In this document: piece after piece, positions 27,100-39,796 of the stretch | Layout: each line of letters opens with the position of its first letter | Position numbering within the stretch: the first letter of the stretch is position 1 | Source: Camelus ferus | Lineage: Eukaryota | Assembly (NCBI RefSeq): GCF_009834535.1 | Contig: NC_045698.1 | Span: forward strand, 14,758,001 to 14,822,000 | Length of the DNA: 64,000 bases | Reading direction: 5' to 3' | Translations under genes and position numbers: made by a program | The notes under the pieces: generated by a model | The model's database searches: none | Told to the model about the DNA's origin: nothing | The model's input: only the letters and a program-made list of their open reading frames with translations

Positions 27100-27290
27100 G
27101 TTCTAATTACGCGTATGATTTGCCTCGCTCTTTTTTAACATGTACAAACTCATTTAATACTCATATCACTATGATGTAAATATTTTTTACTTATTTCACA
27201 GCTGAGAAATTTGAGATTCAGAAAGGATAATAACTTGCCAAAGGTTACAGGTCTGCTAAATGAAAGAATCAAGAATGCAGATATAATTCC
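27100..27290 (-). mobile_element. MIR SINE
   Basis: CTCATTTAATACTCA...ATTTCACAGCTGAGAAATTTGAGATTCAGAAAGGATAATAACTTGCCAAAGGTTACA. Confidence 0.7.
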
Positions 27291-27699
27291 ATGTTTTTAG
27301 TAAGAAATGTATAAAGCCCTTTAATAAATTACAATAGAGAAGCAATATTAATTACTTAAATCAAACATTTGATTGGTCTTAAATCATAATATCTAAATTG
27401 AATTATGTATATACTATGATAAAAATGACCTTTCTACACATCCTATAAACAATGATACAATAGCCAGATCCAATTATATATTAATAGTCAAAACATCATT
27501 TAAATACACATTGTTTTTATGATCCTCAAAACCACTTTACCCAATGCATTTTCTGTGACTGAAATCTATTAAAATAATGTTCAGTAATGACCTGAAAAAT
27601 AAGAATACTAAAATATTATTACTGCAATCAATAAGGAATTAGGTTAGCCAAAAATTCAGTTTCTAATACAGTATGTTCTGAAGAGAAGTTATTTCGTAT

Positions 27700-27912
27700 T
27701 AAAAAAAAGAACCTGGAATTTGAAGCTACTTGAATCCTGTTTCTTGATAAGTAGTTCAGATTACTGAAACCTCTGTGAACTTCTATATCCTTATCTATAA
27801 AGTGGCTGTATTGAGACATACAATGTAGGATTGTGGGGGGATTTAAAGGGCATGAGAAAAACACCCTTAGAAGTTCATGATACATACCACATGATCAATA
27901 AATGCTGCCGTC
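27700..27912 (+). mobile_element. MIR SINE
   Basis: TTGAATCCTG...TTACTGAAACCTCTGTGAACTTC...TCCTTATCTATAAAGTGG...GATTGTGGGGGATTTAAA. Confidence 0.6.
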
Positions 27913-30309
27913 ATTTATAGTCTGTGTCTAGAGAGTAAAGGAGGCAACTCTATTCATAAAGAAAGAAGCCTAAATTTTCACAGACATTCTCACCTTCTAT
28001 CTAACTACTTAGCTTAACATTCATTTCTTTCAGTTAACATTTCAGGTGAGTATTTCATTCATATAACAAAGATATTTTACAATATATCAATTTTTCACAG
28101 AAAAATAGATCAACATTAAATACATTTACAATTTTATATGCAATTATATTGTACATGCTTTGTTTACTGGATTGTCTTTCATTATAAAATCTCTTGGGAA
28201 ATAATGTTTTTAAAAACATTAAAATAAAATCTCAAGTCTTATCAACTTAACACAACTGATGAAAGATTACAAATGCTCGTGTCAAATAGACCTGGGTTTG
28301 CTTTGCTCCTAAGATCCCTGCAGTAATGATGAGCAACAGAGCCTAGAGCATGAAAATTGCAGTACCTGGAACTCTGGACTGTGTGTTTTGAATCATATCT
28401 TCACCACTTACTGGATGATCGTAGTCTAGCTACTAGAGTATTCGTTCCCTCACTACTACCTACCTAACTAGTACACTGACTTAACTTAAACAACTAGATA
28501 GAGTATTACTTGAAGAAAGAAGAGTCTTTTTCCATATAAAAGGAAAACCATTTTCTACTACACCTGTTTTTTAGAGGAGGAGCAGAGAGGGCATTCAGGC
28601 AATAATTATTATTATTTTTCTACCATCTGCAAAGTACGGGACCTATCATAAGAGGTTCTAAAAGTTTTGCCAAAGATTTTGCCTTAAGTTGCAAAAGTAA
28701 AACAAATACTAATAAATAATAATAATTAATATGTTAAATACTATTAAATAGAAGTAATTAAATAGCAATATAAGTGTTTAGCAAAAAATGGCATGATATA
28801 AGCTAACAAAAATAATTATCAAATAATTAATATTGAAAATAAATGTTTAATTCTTATGTCAGGTAAATTTATCATGGATCGAAAATAACAAGCAAGACTT
28901 CACAGACATCTGTGACAAATAGTGGACAAATAGAAGTTGATTTTCAGTCATTTATATGATATGAATCATCTTTGACATGAATTTTTTAATTTATCAAAGG
29001 TTTTCTCATTAGTAATTGAAGAGATAGAAAATAAAGTTATATGTGAAAATGCTCCTGAGGAATGAATTTCAAGAATGAGCCTCAGTCTTGAGAAGATCTT
29101 AAGATTATGTTGAATTTCTTGAATCATGAGGTCCAAGGGGTTAAGTGACTTCAACATTTTTATAATTTTCTTTTATTATCATAACAGAAATCTATAAGCC
29201 ATCATATGCAAAATCATTAAAACTAAGTAAAGTCTATTATTCTTTTAAGAAATTAAACCACGATTACTCACACTAGACTTGTATTTTTTAAATAATATAA
29301 GTCATTGTACACACACCAGGAGCACAAAGTGTTTCAGACATGGTTCTATCAAAAAATTCCGTCCTGTAAAATGCCTTGATGGGGACATTACTTTTAGTGT
29401 GATGGATATAGTCTCAGAGATATTTATTAAAAACCTGCTAAGTGCCAAATAAAGACTAAGCCCACTTCTTTTTCACATCATACTTAAAATGTTTTCCTCC
29501 CTGTTTCCTCACTTGGTTTCTTCCTGTCTTCTTCCCACATCATCCACTTTAGTGAGCTGCATATGAATAATCACTCAAGCAAAAAACATTTAAACTTCTG
29601 GAGGCTGAAGAACAGCATTCTGAGTATATTAATTATCAATTATGGTTTCCAAAGGCTTTTAAAAGTGAACTCCAAAAAGAAGCTTTCAGCATGTATTTCC
29701 TTCTTGCATAGTATATAATTTAAACTATATCTCTTGAGTAAATGAAAGGGCTAAAAATAAGTGGATCTGAAAAAATCATCTTGTTAGAGGAGTCCTGTGA
29801 CTGATTAAAAGTATATTGAGGTTATATATTTTTCTTAGTTGTACAGAAATTTGCCTTAAATAATATTTTATAAGTAGTGCTTTGAAAATGATTCCTACTC
29901 CCATTTAAGGCATTAAATGTTTCCCATTATATATTTACAAATACATGTGTAAATGTACAAAGTACAAGCCTATATATTTGGATATGTGTATGCATTTTAT
30001 TTAAGAAAAGGAAATATGTATCCATGATTTATTCATGAGCTTGATATAATCTATGGATAAATTTGTTTTCAGTTTTTCCAAGTATGTAATGGAAGTGATC
30101 CAGAGAAAATACCACACTCATTCATATATAAATTATGAAGCTGCCAATAAAAACTGTTATGTCGGGAGACAAAGTATAATTCTTACTGTAAAAAAAGATT
30201 TATTCAGGCTATTTAGGGTGTATTATAGACCACACTTTTTTCTTTTCCTGGATTTAAAAATAAAATAAATTTAGTTTTGCTATTTTGTGTCTGTGGGTGA
30301 CATTTATAT

Positions 30310-30430
30310 AATTAAAGCTCCAGGAGGGCAGAGATATTTGTCTCTGTTTTATTCAAAGATGAACCTTCCAAGCCTAGGACAATGTTTGGCACATAGTATA
30401 AGTCAACAAATAATTGCTCAGTGAGTGAAA
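30310..30430 (+). mobile_element. L2 3' end
   Basis: AAGCTCCAGGAGGGCAGAGA...GCCTAGGACAATGTTTGGCACATAGTA...CAACAAATAATTGCTCAGTGAGTGAA. Confidence 0.75.
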
Positions 30431-30618
30431 TATAATAAGACACGTTCATCTCTAAGCAATACAAAATAGTTTGTCGTCACAAAATTCTTAAGAGGAAAAG
30501 AGGAGTTGTCACCATTTCATTCAAATATTTTAGTATTCTCTCTACTAATGCAGAAATTCATAGATTTCTGTGGAAGTGCCAGGGAATATTATAGTTTTAA
30601 TTCTGATAAAACTTTAAG

Positions 30619-30727
30619 TATGTGACAATGAATATATATATGTTTATGTATAACTGAAAAATTGTGTTCTACACTGGAAATTGACATAACATTGTAAACT
30701 GACTATAACTTAATAAAATAAAATAAA
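30619..30727 (+). mobile_element. Very short 5'-truncated L1 3' end (camelid-type) with TSD
   Basis: L1 tail ...ACATTGTAAACTGACTATAACTTAATAAAATAAAATAAA. TSD AAAACTTTAAG (30608-30618) vs AACACTTTAAG (30728-30738). Confidence 0.85.
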
Positions 30728-32371
30728 AACACTTTAAGGATTTAAAAAGAAATGGATGGTGATGAAAGAAAAGTTTCCATTCTTGCAAATTTCATAAGTA
30801 TGGGGCATACATGTTATTTACTACAATTGTTGGAATTTAAAAATGAGATATTTTTGAAAATTAAAAGGTTTAATATGTTTGAACAAATCTTTGATGTCTG
30901 ATGTTGACTTCTGGAATGTAAGACCAAGGTTAGACAAAGAATATACATTAATTTATTGTTTAAGTACAATTGATTTCTCACTCTGTCAATATTTATAAAA
31001 TGGAAAGAAACACAATAAACTATAGCATGGAAAGTAATATAAAATGCAAATAAATGAACAAATAATTACTTTCCATAGATGGCTTTCACTTTCCATTGGT
31101 TTTTCCATAAGATAAGCTATATATTATGGCAATATATCAATCATCATTTTGTGTGTGTTGAGAAGGGCTGAAGTATATGTGGGTCATGTAGATGAAGTTA
31201 TCATAGGTGAAGGAAGTCAATATTTTCCTTCCTAAACTTAATAGCTGAAATTGCTATTTCGTTACACCTATTGTCCCAAGATTCCTTCTTCTCTGACACA
31301 GTTTTGACCAATGAGAGAAGTATCATCAAGAATATTAGCCCTCTAGTGGTTCAGGTCTACATTAGACTGGACCTAAAGTCAGCTTAAGGTAACACCTGGA
31401 CCTTCAGTTACATCGCTTCCATTTCACTTCAGGATTGAACCTCTCCATATTCCTGAACCACTCCTTCAAACTGCATTTCAACACCCTGGGACCTGAGCAC
31501 TTCTCTGAACTCCAGACTATGCGACAAAGGTATTAAAATTCCAGCAACTTCGTATTTCCCCCCTCCTTTAGATCGCTGATTACTATTCTCATATTTCCAG
31601 GAACTGCCTATTATGTATGGAGCAAGTTCTCAAATACATCACTACTAGAATAAATCTACAAAGCATCCATAAAGCCTTCTTACTTAATTTATCCACATTG
31701 ATAATAGATATTCAGAAAAACCAACGTGGAGTTTGCAGTACTCATTTTGATACTGTACACTGAACTTCTTGAATTTAGGCTGCAGAAACCAGTCTAGAAG
31801 ATCTTTTCATTTGGTTTTTTTTTAATTTTTTTCATCTCTACCCTGATGCTTGTTGCTGAATTTTTCATTCACGCTTTGATCATGAACAAATTCAAGATAT
31901 TAGAGGACATGAAGTTTATCAAAATGTAAGAAGACACAACATCTGATTAGAGAGTGCATGTATAGGCACAGTGAGAAGTGAAATTGGATGGTTAATTAAT
32001 GATAATTAATTAATTTTTAAATGGTCAATAATATAGCCTATGAGTTGATTAATTTACAAATATTACAGGTTCTTGAATGAAAGGAGAACCTGAGTAAAAT
32101 ATTTTTTATACTCATTGATCTTTTTAAAAAATAAATAAGCAGATATTTTGTGATTAGCAGGCCAATTTGAAAGAGGAAGCAGCTGGATACAAGAAAATCA
32201 AATAAGAAAGAATTATATTAATAGCTGATATCAAGCAATCAGTTTTGAGTGGAATCATTCTTCTTGATCTGGGTAAGAAAATATAAATCGAAAAGGTAAA
32301 CAGTAGCTGTTAGCCTCATATAGGAAATAGGATAAACAGAATTCGTGAATAGTGAACAATTGCTCTTGGGA

Positions 32372-33213
32372 GAAATACAAGGTTAATTTCCTGCAAGCTA
32401 CTGGTCACGCCATTTTTGTTAACTGATCAATAAATAATCTTGTTTTATGTGTGTTTCTGTTAAAAGAGATTGCATTTAATATATACTTCTTACAAATAAT
32501 TAATAGGATGCCGCATTTTTTATAATAACTTAGTAGCCTTTTTCTCCTAACATTTTCCTGACCCTGGGTAACATGACCTAAAATTTGTTTGGCTTTTAGC
32601 CCGATAGCAATGCTTTGCATTAAGCTTTTTAAATTGGGTATCATCTCATGACTCCACAAATGTAACTTCTATCTTTTTCATAACATCATCGCATACTTCG
32701 TAGATGTGACTTTAGCACTATCCAGAGCAGCCTCATATACAGCTCAGCAGATTTACTTTTTCTTTTTTCCCTGGATGGATGTGTTATTGATTCATTAACA
32801 TTGAACTCACACCCAAGAGCAATGTAACTAATGCCTGAAGAAGCTTATCTAACACATGCATTTTATTCATATGGTACAATGCAGCCTCCTTGTGCTTAGG
32901 AACACTAGACAGCACTTCTGCATTATAGTTGGGGGCATTTTAAACAGCAAATTCACTTAAAAAAAGCACAAAAATGTAGGAAATATGGCATTAAATGTAC
33001 CATAAGAAGGACATTTTTTACAGTGGGAGAGCTGAAACAGAAGATGCCTTGTTGGGAATGAGAACTTTGAACAACTCAAAGTTTTTGCTGCTCTGGGTAT
33101 GTCCTCAAGTGACTACGAAAAGCTCTTTGAGTACTGATTTTGGAGTTAAAAATAAATTTTAGTTAGTAGGTAAATTCGCAGATAAAGAATCGACAAATAA
33201 TGAAGATTATATG
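32372..33213 (-). mobile_element. TcMar-Tigger DNA transposon (Tigger6/MER82-like) with a transposase N-terminal remnant
   Basis: The right end AGTAGGTAAATTCGCAGATAAAGAATCGACAAATAATGAAGAT...TG followed by TA matches a Tigger TIR and TA target. The minus strand translates to AVYEAALDSAKVTS and LWSHEM...IGLKAKQI, resembling a CENP-B-type HTH region. Confidence 0.8.
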
Positions 33214-34094
33214 TAAAAGAACGCTGGCTCAGACACATTAATTGGCACTATTCTTATTAGACATAAACACCTGTTTAGGGTATAAGTTTTTACAGTTTTT
33301 AGGGAGACATCTTCATTATCAGTATCAAGACATCATCAGCACTGTCTTGCATTGTTTGCTATCTTGAATTTTTTTCATTCTTGCTTCTGAGTTATGAATG
33401 TCAGTAGGATTAATTTCATCTTTACAGAAATAATTTGCTGTGGATTACTTGGCACACTACCTCATTTCAGTGATGTGTATGTATATAGAGAGTGTTTTTT
33501 TTCTGTAATTTTCCAGTAATTAGGCTTTGAGACATTTATATATTGCAGTTCACAAAGGAATACTGTCATTTTTTGTGTGTAGTAACAATTTATTTGTTAT
33601 GCGCTCTTTGCAATAATGCTATTTTAAGAACTAGCAAGTTACTTATCCATGCGATTATATTAAATTGATGAATTGTAGAGCATTACTTCAAGGTATACAA
33701 TTAAATCCACATATTCAATTGTTTATTTTATAAAGTGAATATATGCTGCAAGTAACTTGCTTACGGCATTTTATTTTGTTTGAAGTAGCAGAACATAAGC
33801 ACTGTCAAGAGCTGATAAGACCACCGGTAAGTCTTGTAAGACCACTGAGGTAAGACCACTGAGGTAAGTCTAGGAAGTAGAAATACCATTCCCTTGTACT
33901 TTAAACTAGCTAGTATCCTCAAAGCAATATTGATCTCTCTTTATTGAGTGCTGGCATGGCCATATTTGGCCAAAACATGTTAAAAAAAATCAGACAAAGC
34001 CATATTATATAGTGACAGATAGAAAAAGAGAACAAGAACGTAGAAAAGCAGACATGAAAAGTAATGAGAAAACTCGAAAGGGCAGCACCTTTGT

Positions 34095-34325
34095 ATACTG
34101 AGCATATACTTACATAGTAATTACCACGGACTATGCACTGTTCTAAATACTTAGTACTCACAACGGCCACATGAAGGGCCCCATGTTATGGGCACTACAC
34201 ACATAAGGGAGCTGAGCACAGAATTTTAGGCGACATGCCACCTTCATAAACCTAACGGGTGGTAGCATCAGCCTGCAGAATCCTGCAGAATTCTGCCTGC
34301 AGAATCCATGTCATTTAACATTATA
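34095..34325 (-). mobile_element. MIR SINE remnant
   Basis: TACTGAGCAT...GCACTGTTCTAAATACTT...AGGGAGCTGAGCACAGA...GACATGCC. Confidence 0.5.
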
Positions 34326-36221
34326 TTAGGCTGCCAGTTATCAGCTCTGTAGGTCTTGGTTTTATTCTGTTTTTCTTCTAGCCCCTTTTGACCTAGGGTC
34401 TTTCAAATTCCAGAAACTATCTCTTCAGCTTCTAAAGAATTTCCTTAAGAAAAAATCAAAAACCTTTACTTGCTTACAGTGAAAGAGAAGCACCCCTTCC
34501 TTACACCATGGGGAAAAAAAAAAAAAGAGCAGAGCACACTGACCAGATTTTACAGACTGTGAACACATAATCTCATGTGACTGTATTAGTGAATTCTCAC
34601 TATAAAATCCTCTGGGAAACAATCAGAATGATTTATTTAGAAATACGTATTTTCTAATGGTTTGTAAGGCAGACATATTTCATTGCTGTTTCCTAAGAAA
34701 AATAAAGTCAACAAATCTATGTATGAATAACTTGTTTATACCCTAAACCTAAAACGTTTGTCTTTCTAAATCTTGAAATCACGGAGATAGTCTTTATGAT
34801 GTAGTTTTAAAGGGAGTTACTTGTGGAATACTTTTTAGGAGATGGTGGAAAACAGTATACTTCCACAAAATATTAACTAGAAGTTTACATGATTTTCTTT
34901 AAAGGACTTATGGACTATTTTTGTAGTAAGAAATAATTTTAACAGCTTGCTGTATTTCTCATTCTAATTATATTTGTGCTGCAAAAAAAAAGTGAATAGT
35001 ATAACAAAACAATTGAATTAGCTGCATTGTAATACCTTTAGGAAAAGGCTAATTTGTAATTCAGTGATATGTTTTTTCCTACACTGTTTAATAGAGAGCG
35101 TGCACCCCCAATATTAACGTTTATTGGTTCTGAGAGCAGGAATCAAATACATACTCCAAGAATTTTAAATCCACTACCTTTTCTTTCCCGATAAAGACCC
35201 TAAATAGAAAATGTATCCTATAGTACATAAGATGCTCAGAGAATTTAGGCATTAATTAGAAACATCTAATGCTTCTTGATTCTGTAATAAGGTCAGATCA
35301 ATAAAGTTTGGCATATATGAGAATCATTAAAGCTCAAGTTTTGCTTTTATCTAAACTGTCCATGGACATACAGCCTAAAGCCTCTTATCAAGAAGAAAGT
35401 TCTGAATACAAATTTAGAATTCAGCTGTCACTGACATTTATAATTCAAATTATTTGTCCAAAGATGCAGAAATAAACAACCACTCACTTTCTTTTTTTTC
35501 CCTATCCCTTTAAACTCCATCTTCGAAAACAAATTCACCCCAGAAGATTCTTCAAAATCAACTTCAAGAGAAGCTTACGATGGATCTTACAACAGCGATA
35601 AAACAGTACTCTCACTTTCCCTATTTTCATTCTGTTTGCCTCTTTACTGATGAATTTTCAAAATAATTCCATTAAATGTATATAATCAAACTTTAACTTG
35701 GCTATTTCAAGCACTCAAAAATCTTGTGTTTACTTCTCTCTCCACTTCAACTCTTGCATCACTTGGTATGTAGAAATGATCACTCAGAGGATACTTCTGC
35801 GACATGTTCTCTTACTTCCCTGACCATCTCATTCCACTAGAATGATTGAAGGAAATGATTGCCTTCAAGTAAGCAAAATGTATTTCATGTAGCTTAGACA
35901 TAAAATGAAGAAAGTAAGGAAAATTATTTTTTTCTGATTATCACAAGGTCACAAAGGTCTATTGAATGACTTATTTGGTAAATATTTAGAAAAAAATTTA
36001 GAACAACTGAAATTTCTTAAATAATCTTTTATTTATCCTTTTTCCTATTCAATTTGTAATTTTCTTCTCTGAGAACTATTTTTCCCTGAATATGTGTTCT
36101 ATTTGTTCTGATTAATCATTCCCTCTCAGAGTGAACTGTCTACTTTGGAAGTTGTTATTATTTTTCTCCTCTATCAGCTCAAATGCCTTAGGTGTGGATT
36201 TTGGCATATGGCCCCTCTCCC

Positions 36222-36414
36222 TGGTAAATTTTAATTTGCTCCATATTAGAAACAACTGGGGAGACTTTTTAAAAATCCCCATCTCTAGGCTCTACCTCAT
36301 ACCAATTAAATCTGAATCTCTAAAGCCTTGGATGGAAAGGTGAAGGGGAATAGGAACAGAAACTTTTTTTAACTCTCAGGTGACTCCACTGTGCAGCAGA
36401 GTTAAAAACTAGCT
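36222..36414. mobile_element. MER5A-like hAT-Charlie element
   Basis: CATATTAGAAACAACTGGGGAGACTTTTTAAAAATCCC...CCAATTAAATCTGAATCTCT...CAGGTGACTCC...TGTGCAGC. Confidence 0.7.
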
Positions 36415-38803
36415 TCCAATCTGGTCTCAGTCCCATAAGTAATTAGAGATCAACTGTCTCTCTGCCAGAGAACCAGCACTACCTAAGAAAGGAGGCTATC
36501 AGCACACTATTACTGCACCTGGCGGGAACCGTCCAGTTCGTAGGTCTCAGCCTCAGAGACAGCAGGAATAAGAACACTCTTTTCTTGCCTTCGTTGTTGG
36601 TGGTGGTGGTTTGTTTGTCTGGTATTTTTGGGATGTAGGAGATTGGACATCCTCATATGGGGCTGACACACTAACCCACTAGAGCACAGAGGTCTCTTCT
36701 CATCACAGTCTTACAGAATCTCCCACTTCCTGACCCTCACATTTGGTCTCTCTTATATACTTCTCCAAAATTCACGTGGCCCTCTGAGATGCACAGAATC
36801 CAGACGTCATTTTTAATGTCTCCTGTATGCCTCACAACCATTTCACTCCACAAGCATTGTACTTGCTCTCAGGAGAGAGAGGAATGGAAGGGAATCTTGT
36901 CCTCTTCAACATTTCCCCAGAATCCTTCTCTACTGCAGTGTTTAACATCCCAAATTAGGGCATTTACAAATACTAAATCAAATATTTTGTTCGGAAGTAT
37001 GCTGTCTTTAAGTCCAGAGGTAAAAATACAAATTATTTATATGATGGAAATCAATGTTTTTAAAATCATCAAACTCAATTTGATGATCTCCAAGCCAATT
37101 ACATTATTTCTGGTGGGGGAATACATGGTTGTCTATAGCACACTATATTTCCTCCATAAAATGTTCTTTCTTTACTCTGTGGTGTTTTCTTATCAGAGTT
37201 TATTACTATTTGCTTAGTCAATTAATGGATATAAAATATCCTGAGTATTTTCTGGGTACCTACAAGATATTTCAGAATATATATTATTGATCACTTTGTA
37301 TCTCAATGCATAATTTTGAAGCTCAAAAGTCTTCGCAAATTTAAAGCAGTATATGTCCAATATATTAATATTAATATTTTAGGCCTGAAAATTCCTTAAC
37401 TCAGTGGAGCAAAGAAATGTAACTCGTTAAGCTTACTTTATAGAAAAAGTTGAGTAATTACCAGAGTTATTGAAAGGGAATGATCAGATTTGAACAAATG
37501 CCTAATTAGCGATGGCCAACTCTCTGCGATCACTAGATATTAAAAAAGGAACATGAGCATTAAAATAATGCAGTTTACTTGATAAAGCTTTCATTTGAAA
37601 GATATAATTGTAACTGCATTCCAAAAATAAACAAAAGGAAGCCATTGAATAAATGAATTCTATCATATTTATTTTCTCCCAAATATAAATAGTGCAACCA
37701 AACCAAAATCAGTTGAATTACTTTCCTCTTGTTTTAAAACTATTTGAGTGGATTGTAAATAATGTAATTACTCCCTAGCTCATATGCACATTGTTGAATT
37801 TACTTTAAAATTAAGTAAGTAAACACCTTACATTAGTATTAACAGTATGTTCAAATTTTTGAGTTAAGATTAAAAGAGTTGAAAACTCTTGAATTTCTGT
37901 CTTTGGAACATGGCTCCCAAGCTTTACTTGGTTATTCTATATTTTCTTGCATTTCTTCCTTAAAATATTTTATGTGTTTTTTAAGAGTTGAGCTGCAGTG
38001 TCTAATTGTTTGAATTTAATTTATTTTAACAGAATATTAATTTATTTTTTATCTTCTTTCACTTCTTAGATCTAATTGATATTTACAATAAATTATCTGT
38101 TTTTTGGTTGTAAGTTAAAGGAGTTATTTTCATAATTTTCATTTGAATCAGCATTCTTTAGTTCTCATCCCTAATTATGTATTGTTTATAGGATATCAAT
38201 TATTGCTACTGGTATGGTTTAGAGTCTCAAATACTTTTAATACCTTTGCTAAGTTATTAGTTAATAAATGCAGGAAGTCTATTAAAATAATAACACGTAT
38301 CCTGGGATCAGGTTTATCAGTGCATTATATACTATTTAAAATTTATAGTTCTATCAGAAGCTATTAGGCAACTGTAGCAAATATAAGTTACTACTGTAGG
38401 TAGAATAATGAAATTATTTTACTGAAGTTGGATATATAGGTCATGGAATTGGAAGACTACAGATTTTTATCTCCAGTTGTTTGGCTGCCAAACATAGTTC
38501 ATGGACCTCAGGTACTAAACTGAAGCAGTTCCTCATATTTGATTTAGTAATGTATCAATACAAATATTTAAGCAAAGAAAATATACAAATCCTAGGATGT
38601 ATTTATAGAATAACTTAGGGTGATTAATAATACATAAAATAATTTAGTCTTTAGACCAATAATTTTCTTTAAGATATTCACGTTTTATATAAAACAAAAT
38701 ACGTTTATATCATTGTAATGCATGTGGAGAATTACCAGCAAAGAGTGATCAGATTTTCATTTTAGAATCATTACCTTTTTTTGCATCTTTTTTTCCTTTT
38801 TTT

Positions 38804-38931
38804 ATTTATGTTCATGTTCGACTGAAGCATTATGCTATACACCAGAAACTGACACATTGTAAACTGACTGACTATACCTCAATTAAAATATATATACATA
38901 TACATATATACATATATATATATATATAAAA
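38804..38931 (+). mobile_element. Short L1 3' end (camelid-type) whose A-tail decayed to a TA/CA microsatellite
   Basis: TATGCTATACACCAGAAACTGACACATTGTAAACTGAC...TATACCTCAATTAAAA, homologous to the stub at 30619-30727. Confidence 0.8.
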
Positions 38932-39796
38932 TACAACCATTATCTTAATGAAAGTGTAAGGGAATGCCTAGAGTATGGAAATACTAGAGAAAAGAACATG
39001 TAGTTCAGGAAGTTTTCTAGCTTTCCAGGCCAAAAAAAGAAGGACATACAGTAAGACAAGGCCAACTGGCTTAGTGAGAAAAAGTAGGATTTGTAATTGT
39101 ATTTATCTTTTAACAGCTACAGTCAACACCACAAGTTGGGAAGAATGAGAGGGAGTGAAGATAAACAGACTAAGTTGTTTTACTGATTAGGAGGAGATTC
39201 AGGATAAGATGTAATGAATTCGAGTGTCTACCTACTATATAAAGTTTTAAAGTATTTGCTGTGGTTTCTTTGCTGTCTCAAGAATTTTTATATTTTGCAT
39301 TCCAGTAAAATAATTATAATATCTCAAATTATTTATCTTTGAGCAGAAAGGTCATGTTATTATATACAGATTCATGCTTAAATTCAGATGGAAGACAAAT
39401 AAAATACTCTACACGTACAGTGAAATCATTCCCATGAAAATCAAGATTTCCTGATCTTAAGGGGAAATATAGTCATACTAATTAACTTGAAATTTCTGTA
39501 GTGAAAAAATTTCCATACTTTGTATCGACTGCTAAAACTCCTAGTTGAACAAGATACTTTCAACTGTCGCCTAATCCTAGTTATTATCTGCTAATCTCTT
39601 CCTAAATTAGAAATCAGAACCAATTCACTACTCTTTATATACTTTAACTCAATTACTTGCTTGTCTCTTATCATATTACACTGCAAGCCAGTTCCTACAA
39701 TTCATTGACTAATATACTTTGGAAACACTGCATTTTAAAATCTTCCCTTAGAGATTTACTTTACATGGTAGCATATAAAGGACTTCAACCAGTGAC

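Noticed and set aside
33816..33872. CRISPR-like repeat array
   Set aside because: The units are 14 bp, adjacent, and lack unique spacers. The context is mammalian with no cas genes.
36789..37217. 142-aa ORF
   Set aside because: No recognisable domain, AT-rich codon use typical of random ORFs, and no supporting exon structure.
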